DNA from: an uncultured Holophagales bacterium
GTDB lineage: Bacteria > Acidobacteriota > Thermoanaerobaculia > Multivoradales > UBA5704
Assembly (NCBI GenBank): GCA_963842525.1
Contig: CAWJGT010000003.1
Coordinates: 960,001 to 1,024,000 of the forward strand
Direction: 5' to 3'
DNA: 64,000 nt
A program made the position numbers and the translations under genes. Below, piece after piece: positions 56,451 to 64,000 of this stretch. Each line of letters opens with the position of its first letter. Position 1 is the stretch's first letter. The notes under the pieces were generated by a model that saw nothing but the letters and a program-made list of their open reading frames with translations, had not been told where the DNA came from and searched no databases.

Positions 56451-59400
56451 GGCTTCGCGAAATCTTCCGATACGAGCTCGGGTACCGCCTTCGCAGCCCC
56501 TCGACCTGGGCCTACGCGGCGTTCCTTTTCCTCGTCATGATCTGGGGCCTCGCCGCCACTGGCGAGGGCAGCGCTGTGATCAAGGTGAACTCGCCGCAAC
56601 AGGTCGCTCAAGGCATCGTGTTGTTCGGCGGCCTGTTCGGGCTGCTGGTCTCGGCGGGGCTCTTCGGCGATGCGGCGATCCGCGACGTCGCGTCCGGCAT
56701 GGATCCGCTTCTCTACACCACGCGGCTTCGCAAGGCCGAATACCTCGGCGGCCGTTTCCTTGCCGCGCTGGCGATCAACGCCATCCTGGTCTGGGCACTT
56801 CCGCTCGGATTCTGGGTTGCCACGGTGACGGTCGCCGAGGCGGACGCGGTCGGCCCCAACCGCCTCGCTGCGTACCTGCAACCGGTGCTGCTCTTCCTGC
56901 TGCCCAACCTCGTGCTGGTCGGCGCCATCCTGTTCACGATCGGAGCGCTGGCCCGGCAGGTGATTCCCGTGTACCTCGGCGCGGCCGGCTTCTTCATCGG
57001 GTACATGGTCGCCGCCAATTACTGGATGGGCATCGAGAGCCCGGTGCTGTCGGCGCTGGCCGACCCGCTCGGGATCAACGCGCTCATGGCGATGACCCGG
57101 TACTGGACGCGGGTAGAGTTGGGGACCCGGCTCTTCGGCTTTCCGACGATGCTGGTTTGGAACCGCGTGCTCTGGTTCGCGATCGCGGCGGGGGTGCTCG
57201 CCGTGCTCCACCGCACGTACCGGTTCGCGCACGCGGACGGCGGCGGCCGCCGGCGCAAGGGCTCGCGAGCCGCGATCGACGCGCCGTCGGAAGCACGGTG
57301 GGCAGGAGCGGTTCCGCAGACCGCAGGCGTGTTCGGGCTCCGGACCCGGATGCGGCAGACGCTCTCCATCGCACGCCAGTCGCTGGCGGAGGTTGTGTCG
57401 GGCCGCGCGTTCCAGGTGATCTTCGTCGTGGCCATCGGCCTCGTGCTGCTCTGGGGCTGGAACCTGGGGGACACGGCGTTCGACACGCCCACCTGGCCGG
57501 TCACGCATCTCGTGATCGCGGAGGTCCTGTCCCGGCGGAGCTCCCTCATCCCTTGGCTGGTCATCGCCCTCTACGCGGGCGAGCTGGTGTGGAAATACCG
57601 CGAGGTGGGGACGGCCGAGATCGCCGACGCCGCGCCGGTGCCCACCGGCATCGCGCTGCTCGGCCGCTTCCTGGCCCTCGTCGCCATCATCGTGGCCTTC
57701 AACGCCGCGTTCATGGTCGGCGGCCTCCTGCTTCAGACGCTGCAGGGCTACCACAACTTCGAGCCCGGACTGTACGTCCGCGTCCTCTTCGGGCTCAACC
57801 TCGTCGATCACGTGCTCCTCGCCGCGCTCGCGATGATGGTCCACGTGCTCGTGAACCAGAAGTACGTCGGCCAAATCGTCGTGCTGCTGGCGTCCGCCTT
57901 CAAGGTCCTCGCCCCCATGATGGGGATGCACAGGATGCTGGTCTACAACAGCGACCCCGGCTGGAAGTACTCGGACATGAACGGCTTCGGCCCGTACATC
58001 GAGCCGTTCCTGTGGTTCAAGCTCTACTGGGCGGCGTGGGCGCTGCTGCTCGGCGTGGTCACGATCCTGTTCTGGGTGCGCGGCCGGGAGCCCGGCGTGC
58101 GACGCCGGCTCTCGCAAGCGCGTGCGCGGCTCCGTGGCTCGACGACCCGGATGGCCGGCGTGGCGGCCGCGCTGATCCTCGCGCTGGGTGGCTTCGTCTT
58201 CTACAACACGAACGTCCTGAACGAGTACCGCGGGCGCGACGAGGGAGGACGGTCGCAGGCCGAGTACGAGCGGCGGTACAAGCGGTTCGACCGCGCGCCG
58301 CAGCCGGTCCTCACCGCGGCGGATCTGCGCCTGGAGATCCATCCCGGCGAGCCGGCCGTCGACATGCGCGGCTCCTATCGGCTCGTGAACCGCACCGGCG
58401 CGGCGATCGATTCGATTCACGTCGTGACCGATAGGGACGTCGACACCCGGTCGATCTCGCTCGACCGCGCGGCGAGGCCCGTGGCCGTGGACGAGGAGAC
58501 CGGGTACCGGATCTTCGCGCTGGAGCGGGCGCTCGAGCCCGGGGGCTCGCTGCGGCTCTCCTTCGACACGGTGTACCGGCCGCACGGCTTCCGGGGCAGC
58601 GGGATCCAGACCGCGGTGGCCGGCAACGGCACCTACTTCGACCGGAGACTGCTGCCGTTCATCGGCTACCAGCCGGTGCTCGAGCTGCCCGACGCCGCGG
58701 CCCGCAAGCGCTTCGGTCTCGCGCCCCAGCCGCCGATGCCGGGGCCCGACGACGTCGAGGCGAGGCGAGGCGACGGGGTCGTGCGGAACGAGGGCCGCGT
58801 TCACGTCGAGGCGATCGTGGGCACGGCCGCGGACCAGACGGCGGTCGTCACCGGCGTGCTGCGCAGGAGCTGGACGGAGAACGGGCGACGCTACGTCCAC
58901 TACGGGACCGATGCGCCGGTCTCCTTCCGCACCGCCGTGTTCTCGGCGAAGTACGCGGTGCGCGAGGATCGGTGGAAGGACGTCGTGCTCCAGATCCTCC
59001 ATCACCCGGCGCACCGGTACAACGTCGACCGGATGATGGAGGGGATGAAGGCGTCGCTCGACTATTACACAAAGGTTTTCGGACCCTACCAGTTCCGCCA
59101 TCTGCGTGTCGTCGAGATCCCGCCCTATTCGATCAACGGCCGCGCCATGCTGATGACGATCGCCTTCGCGGAGCAGAATTTCATCACCCGCAACAAGGAA
59201 GGCCAGGTCGACCACACGTTCTTCGGGACGGCGCACGAGGTCGCGCACAGTTGGTGGGGTGGGCAGGTGCGGAGCACCCGCGTGCGAGGAGGGGACTTCC
59301 TGTCGGAGTCGCTCTCGAATTACAGCGCCATGATGGTGACCGAGAAGCTCCTCGGCCCGGAGCAGGCCCGCCGGGTCTACGACTTCCAGATGGACCGCTA

Positions 59401-60013
59401 TCTGAGCAGGCGCGCAGAATTCGCGAGCGACGTCCCGCTGCTCGACGTCGAGGACCATCCGCACATCGCCTACGGCAAGGGCGCGGTCGCCATGTACACG
59501 CTGCGCGAGCACATCGGCGACGAGCCGCTCAACAGGGCGCTGCGGAGCTTTCTGGAGAAGCACCGCCATGGAGGACCGCCGTATCCGACGTCGCGCGACC
59601 TGCTCGCGGCGCTGCGCGCCGTCACCCCCGACTCGCTGCAGTACCTGCTCACCGACCTCTTCGAGACGATCACGCTGTGGGATGTCCGGACCCAGCGGGC
59701 CGTCGTCGAGCGGACGGACACCGGCGAGTACCAGGTGACGCTCGACGTGGTGGCGAAGAAGATGAGGGCCGACAGCGTCGGCCGGGAGACCGAGACGCCG
59801 ATGAACGACCTCGTCGAGATCGGCGTCTTCGCGCCCGGCGGCGATGCGGGGCTCGGAGCGCCGCTCCACCTGCAGCGCCACCGCATCCGCAACGGCAAGC
59901 AGACGATCCGCATCACCGTGCCGCGGGAGCCGGCGCACGCCGGCATCGATCCCTGGCGCAAGCTCATCGACCGCGACAGGGAGGACAACGTCGTCGAGGT
60001 GAATGGAAAGTGA
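56447..60013 (+). CDS. ABC-2 permease fused to M1 aminopeptidase domain
   Basis: Multiple TMs, then HEVAHSWWG...LSESLS and YGKG; GTGA overlap. Confidence 0.9.
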   Translation: MRLREIFRYELGYRLRSPSTWAYAAFLFLVMIWGLAATGEGSAVIKVNSPQQVAQGIVLFGGLFGLLVSAGLFGDAAIRDVASGMDPLLYTTRLRKAEYLGGRFLAALAINAILVWALPLGFWVATVTVAEADAVGPNRLAAYLQPVLLFLLPNLVLVGAILFTIGALARQVIPVYLGAAGFFIGYMVAANYWMGIESPVLSALADPLGINALMAMTRYWTRVELGTRLFGFPTMLVWNRVLWFAIAAGVLAVLHRTYRFAHADGGGRRRKGSRAAIDAPSEARWAGAVPQTAGVFGLRTRMRQTLSIARQSLAEVVSGRAFQVIFVVAIGLVLLWGWNLGDTAFDTPTWPVTHLVIAEVLSRRSSLIPWLVIALYAGELVWKYREVGTAEIADAAPVPTGIALLGRFLALVAIIVAFNAAFMVGGLLLQTLQGYHNFEPGLYVRVLFGLNLVDHVLLAALAMMVHVLVNQKYVGQIVVLLASAFKVLAPMMGMHRMLVYNSDPGWKYSDMNGFGPYIEPFLWFKLYWAAWALLLGVVTILFWVRGREPGVRRRLSQARARLRGSTTRMAGVAAALILALGGFVFYNTNVLNEYRGRDEGGRSQAEYERRYKRFDRAPQPVLTAADLRLEIHPGEPAVDMRGSYRLVNRTGAAIDSIHVVTDRDVDTRSISLDRAARPVAVDEETGYRIFALERALEPGGSLRLSFDTVYRPHGFRGSGIQTAVAGNGTYFDRRLLPFIGYQPVLELPDAAARKRFGLAPQPPMPGPDDVEARRGDGVVRNEGRVHVEAIVGTAADQTAVVTGVLRRSWTENGRRYVHYGTDAPVSFRTAVFSAKYAVREDRWKDVVLQILHHPAHRYNVDRMMEGMKASLDYYTKVFGPYQFRHLRVVEIPPYSINGRAMLMTIAFAEQNFITRNKEGQVDHTFFGTAHEVAHSWWGGQVRSTRVRGGDFLSESLSNYSAMMVTEKLLGPEQARRVYDFQMDRYLSRRAEFASDVPLLDVEDHPHIAYGKGAVAMYTLREHIGDEPLNRALRSFLEKHRHGGPPYPTSRDLLAALRAVTPDSLQYLLTDLFETITLWDVRTQRAVVERTDTGEYQVTLDVVAKKMRADSVGRETETPMNDLVEIGVFAPGGDAGLGAPLHLQRHRIRNGKQTIRITVPREPAHAGIDPWRKLIDRDREDNVVEVNGK

Positions 60014-60022
60014 ACACAGGGG

Positions 60023-60841
60023 CTAAAGTTGCCCGGCTCGCACGATCCGCAGCGGGAACCGGCCGACTGGGACCGGCGTGAGGGTCGGGGGGAGGCCGTC
60101 GAGGTCGAGCCGGTAGGCGCCTGGGGCGAGCGTGGTCGAGTGGACGGTGATGAGGAGGGCGCCGAGGTCGTTGAGCACAAGGCCGGAAGCCTGGAAGACG
60201 ATTTCGCCCTTTTCGGTCCGGAGCGTCGCACGGTAGATTGGGAAGTCGACGTCGCCGGGCTCTACCCAGAGGGCGAACCAGCCTGGCTCGCCGGAAAGCT
60301 GGAGGGTGCGCACGGGGCCTTCGGTGCTGCCGCGGACCGGCGTCAAGGGGACCACGGGAAGGTTCGCCTGCGGCTGGCGGTCGGCCGCCATCTCCTGAGC
60401 CAGGGCTTCGCGTTGCGCGACCTCGTCGGCGAGGTCGCGGCGGGCCTTCTGGAGCTCCCCTTCGACGGCGGCAATGCGGTCCTCGGCGCCTTTCTCGTTG
60501 GTTCGCGCGAGCTCGTTGCGGGCTGAGGCGAGGTCGGAGCGCAGGCGCTGGATCTCCTGGAGCTCCAGCCAGGCCGGCAGGAGGGCCACGGCGAGCAGGG
60601 CTGCCGCGGCCAGGCCCATCCACGGCGCGCGGCTCCAGCGGGTGGTGGGGGAGCCACTTGCCGCCGCCTGCTCAGCCAGCCGCCGGAGCCCGCGTTGGAG
60701 GCGCTCGGCGGACTCGACCCGGGCGCAGCAGGATGGGCAGTCGCGATAGTGCTCCTCGAAGCGCGCGGCCTCCTCGGGCGGCAGGCGGCCTGTCACGTAG
60801 CGCTCGGCGGTGTTGCCGTCGTCGATCGCCTGATGGTCCAT
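60023..60841 (-). CDS. zf-HC2 anti-sigma factor-like membrane protein
   Basis: ERYVTGRL...FEEHYRDCPSC zinc motif, TM helix, coiled coil. Confidence 0.85.
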   Translation of the reverse strand: MDHQAIDDGNTAERYVTGRLPPEEAARFEEHYRDCPSCCARVESAERLQRGLRRLAEQAAASGSPTTRWSRAPWMGLAAAALLAVALLPAWLELQEIQRLRSDLASARNELARTNEKGAEDRIAAVEGELQKARRDLADEVAQREALAQEMAADRQPQANLPVVPLTPVRGSTEGPVRTLQLSGEPGWFALWVEPGDVDFPIYRATLRTEKGEIVFQASGLVLNDLGALLITVHSTTLAPGAYRLDLDGLPPTLTPVPVGRFPLRIVRAGQL

Positions 60842-60863
60842 GCGGTGCGTCTCTCTCCTGCCT

Positions 60864-61604
60864 CTATCTGTCCCGTGCAGGATCGCCGCCGATCCTTCCG
60901 ACAATTCTCTGCGCTCCGGCGAAGAACCGCTGCCGCTTCTCCGCCCGGTCCCAGAGCTCCCGCAGCCGCTCCCGGGCGTGGAACAGGACCTTGTTGAAGC
61001 GCTGGGGCTCGATCTCCAGGTCCGCGCAGATCTCCTCCTTGCTGTCGTCGGAGAGGTAGAAGCGGAGGAGGAGCTGGCGGTCGCGGTCGAAGCGGAGCTC
61101 GGCGAGGAGCCGCTGCACCAGCCGGGCCTCCTCGTCGGCGAGGACCCGTTCGAGCGGCGCCGGGCCGCGGTCGGTGAGCGCGGGCACCGGCTGCAGCCCA
61201 TCCTCCTGGCCTTCGTCGAGAGAGCGGTAGCGCGCCTCCTTGCGCCGGTCGGCGATGAACAGGTTGCGTGCCGTGCTGCGGATGAACGCGGCGAGCTTTT
61301 CCGGCTCCCGCACCTCGCCCCGGCGGACCTTCCCAAGGACCAGGGCGAGGGTCTCTTGATGGAGGTCGTCGGCCAGGGCCGGATTCTGGACGAGGCGGCG
61401 GAGCATCAGGAGGAGGCCGTTACTGAAGCGGGCCACGAGCTCGCTCTCGGCAGCCGGGTCGCCCGCCTGGATCCGCCGGACGAGGTTGGCAACGTCGTCG
61501 TCCGGCGCCTCGGCAGCGTCATCCTGCGCGTCCCGTCCTATCCGGGCCGCGAGGACAAGCGGAGACAGGACGAGGACGAGACGGAGCCAGTGGGATGAGA
61601 GCAT
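60864..61604 (-). CDS. ECF sigma-70 factor
   Basis: LVRRIQAGDPAAESEL...ADDLHQET...ARNL; region 4 RFNKVLFHARERL. Confidence 0.88.
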   Translation of the reverse strand: MLSSHWLRLVLVLSPLVLAARIGRDAQDDAAEAPDDDVANLVRRIQAGDPAAESELVARFSNGLLLMLRRLVQNPALADDLHQETLALVLGKVRRGEVREPEKLAAFIRSTARNLFIADRRKEARYRSLDEGQEDGLQPVPALTDRGPAPLERVLADEEARLVQRLLAELRFDRDRQLLLRFYLSDDSKEEICADLEIEPQRFNKVLFHARERLRELWDRAEKRQRFFAGAQRIVGRIGGDPARDR

Positions 61605-61719
61605 CTCCGGGAGCGGCTTTCGCTGCTGCCGAAGGATACACGAGATCACGGTCCCGGGGGACACCCGGACCCCGCGCGGCCCTCGACACCGGGACGCGCA
61701 GGGTCACGGGTTGCGCCGG

Positions 61720-63690
61720 CTACTTTGACTTCTTCCCCTTGACCTTCTTGACAGGCTTGGCCGGTGGCTTGGGCTTGTCGAGGCCCGAGGCACAGTCCGG
61801 ATAGCACGTGAAGGTCTCGCTGCAGTAGCTGATGTTTCCCGAGGCGTTCGCTTGCAGCGGCTGGCCCGTCTGGTAGACGGGGGAGTTCTCGGTCGCGCTC
61901 ATCAGAAGGTAGGTTGCATTCGAAGAGTACTTCTTCCAGGTCTGGCCGCTTGGGTCGGGATTGTGCCCGGAGACGAAGTTGCTCCAGAAGCTCGTCATTC
62001 CCCCGGACAGGAACTTGCCGCCAGGTGTCCAGCCCTGGTACAGCGTCGTGTCGCCGAAAACGTAAGGCAGCTCGGCACCATGGCACGTGGTCGACAGGCA
62101 GCAATAGGGGTTTTGCGGGCCGCATTGGCTGGCGAGGGTGCCGCACAAACCTGTCGAACCGGTCGGGCACGAGGAGGCGGGCGTCTGTTGGCAGCAGGTC
62201 GGATTGTGTCCGGAGTAGAAGGCCGAGACCGGGTTGAACTGGTATGCCCAGGCAGAGACCGGGCTTGGGGACCGTTGGGGATTGGTGACCTGGTTGGCAA
62301 CGTATTGGTTCGCGCAGGTGAAGACATAATCGCCCAGAAGGCTGATCGTCCCGTCGGTACAATCGGTCTGTCCAGCGGGGCAGTAGCGGCTCTTCACCTT
62401 GGTCCGGACGCTCGGATCGTTGTAGAAGACCGCTCCGACGAGCTCGTCGAACTTGGTTTGCGTAATCCGAGTGCCGAGCAGGTCCACGAAGAGGAGGCCT
62501 TCGTTGCGGTTGGTTCCCAGGATCAGCGGCACCTTCAGGTTGCCGGTCAGCTCGAGAGGCTGTTGCTCGGGAAGGTTCATGGTGTTGGGAAAGCTTGCGA
62601 GGTTGTAGACCGGCCCGCCGACGATCGGAGCCCAGGGGAAGAACGAGCGCAGGGGATGATACTCATGGATCTTTTTACCTTCGGCTGTCTCTTGGGCTTT
62701 CAAGATGTCACAGAGTGGAGTTTTCGTCGGATTCTGTGCCTTTGCGAAGCATTCTTGCCAATCGAGAATGCCCGTGCACCCCAGCGCCTCCATGACCTCC
62801 TTGAAGTAGTTCTGAGCCTGGGTTCGATTCTTGAGAGGAATGGCCAATGGATTGCTTTCCATCACGCCGGCCTGGATGTTCGGAACCTGTGTTGCCTCCA
62901 ACAGGTGCATGCCGACCGAATAGGCGCCCGCGCTCTCTCCGACCAGGGTGATGTTGTTCGGATTTCCGCCGAAGGCCGAGATATTGTCGATCACCCATTT
63001 GATGGCCAACTGCTGGTCCATCAAACCGAAGTTGCCCGCTGCCAGGTACTTGCCCGACGTTAAATTCGTGGTCGTCGAGGCCAGGAAGCCGAGCGCTCCG
63101 AGGCGATAGTTGAAGGTCACGACCACCTGGTTATAGGTATTGGCCAGATAGGCGCCGTCGAAGATGTTGCCATTGCAATTGGAGTCCGGCAGGTCGCTGC
63201 CCCCTTCGAGAAAGTCGCCGCCGTGGATGAACACCATGACCGGCCAGTTCCTGTTGGTGTTGATGTTTGGCGGAGTCCAGACGTTCAGGAAGAGACAATC
63301 TTCCGACATGTAGGCGGGGTTGGGGCCCGAGCCTCCGCAGTTGTCCTGGGCTTGGCAGGTGCTCTTGATCTGGGGGCAGATGGGCCCGTACTGGCTCGCC
63401 CATTGAATTCCGGTTCCGTTGTAGGGAATGGCCTGCTTCCAGCGCGTCAACGCCTGCGTGGCATAGCGAACTCCGAGAAATGCCGGCGTCGGCTGCGCCG
63501 CATTCCCATGCACGTTTTCGTACTTTCCGCAGACCAAGTGCTGCCCTGCCCCCGACCCTACGGTGACGCAAGGAGGTTGTCCCTGTGCGTGGACCCTGCC
63601 GGCGAGGACCAGGAGCCCCGCCATCATCAACGCCGGGACCCATCTGGACCCGGCCTCCAACTGCCGACACAACGACTTCTCGTAGCTCAT
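61720..63690 (-). CDS. Secreted type-B carboxylesterase (Cys-rich)
   Basis: SEDCLFLNVW, VFIHGG, NYRLG, GESAG (Ser), GTNRNEG (Glu), HGAEL (His). Confidence 0.93.
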   Translation of the reverse strand: MSYEKSLCRQLEAGSRWVPALMMAGLLVLAGRVHAQGQPPCVTVGSGAGQHLVCGKYENVHGNAAQPTPAFLGVRYATQALTRWKQAIPYNGTGIQWASQYGPICPQIKSTCQAQDNCGGSGPNPAYMSEDCLFLNVWTPPNINTNRNWPVMVFIHGGDFLEGGSDLPDSNCNGNIFDGAYLANTYNQVVVTFNYRLGALGFLASTTTNLTSGKYLAAGNFGLMDQQLAIKWVIDNISAFGGNPNNITLVGESAGAYSVGMHLLEATQVPNIQAGVMESNPLAIPLKNRTQAQNYFKEVMEALGCTGILDWQECFAKAQNPTKTPLCDILKAQETAEGKKIHEYHPLRSFFPWAPIVGGPVYNLASFPNTMNLPEQQPLELTGNLKVPLILGTNRNEGLLFVDLLGTRITQTKFDELVGAVFYNDPSVRTKVKSRYCPAGQTDCTDGTISLLGDYVFTCANQYVANQVTNPQRSPSPVSAWAYQFNPVSAFYSGHNPTCCQQTPASSCPTGSTGLCGTLASQCGPQNPYCCLSTTCHGAELPYVFGDTTLYQGWTPGGKFLSGGMTSFWSNFVSGHNPDPSGQTWKKYSSNATYLLMSATENSPVYQTGQPLQANASGNISYCSETFTCYPDCASGLDKPKPPAKPVKKVKGKKSK

Positions 63691-63843
63691 TTCTGACCTC
63701 CGTCTGGATCTGGAACGGACTCAAGCCGATCCTGTTTTGGAGAGGACGCGCGATCCGTGGACGGATCTGGTCATGGCAGCCGCGGCGAGCCGCCTTGGGC
63801 AGATCTCACGCCCGAACTGCGGTAAAATCGGAACCGCGAAACC

Positions 63844-64000
63844 ATGCAAGACCTCCGCATCCTCTTCGCTGCCGCCGCAGACACGGGCTACCGTGCTCAG
63901 CTTGCCGATGCCAAGGGCCGCAGGCTTGGTGTCGAAGCTCCGTTCACGCCGTTCCTCACCGAGGACGATTACGAGGACCTGCGCTGGTATCTGGAGGAGT
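63844..64000 (+). CDS. 3'-truncated ORF, N-terminus resembling those of CHAT-domain proteins
   Basis: MQDLRILF...PFTPFLTEDDYEDLRWYLEE; family call is inference. Confidence 0.5.
   Translation, partial: MQDLRILFAAAADTGYRAQLADAKGRRLGVEAPFTPFLTEDDYEDLRWYLEE

Noticed and set aside
60400-60414. CCAGGGCTTCGCGTT resembling the TR 3' end (possible VR)
   Set aside because: Short match with an indel, no upstream similarity, and antisense within the anti-sigma gene.

Overview
GC-rich bacterial chromosomal window. Gene content and repeat style suggest a soil Acidobacterium such as Thermoanaerobaculia; this is inference only. The left edge (1-1945) holds a non-phage diversity-generating retroelement (DGR): a truncated four-helix-bundle-like ORF coupled to an Avd-like gene, an adenine-patterned template repeat (TR) encoding a CLec/FGE-sulfatase C-terminal motif, a structured spacer, and a DGR-type reverse transcriptase with one frameshift. 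No variable repeat (VR) or target gene is visible in the window. Next come the conserved rimP-nusA-infB-DUF503-rbfA-DHH-truB-rpsO-pnp operon (minus strand), NfeD-like/flotillin, DegP, an NtrC-family regulator and pyrE. From about 18.7 kb the DNA is largely accessory: a 62-bp palindromic tandem array, three toxin-antitoxin modules, tandem secreted serine proteases, REP-like elements, a CFA-like methyltransferase/CarF-desaturase/thioesterase lipid operon, duplicated M23 peptidases (one fused to CapA), a TPR-CHAT protein, a pectate lyase, a direct-repeat-flanked island with degenerate attC-like sites, two tandem ABC ATPase + permease-M1 peptidase modules, an ECF sigma/anti-sigma pair and a Cys-rich carboxylesterase. 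Many single-base frameshifts, including one in essential infB, point to sequencing or assembly indels. All family calls come from motif recognition by eye; no database searches were run.
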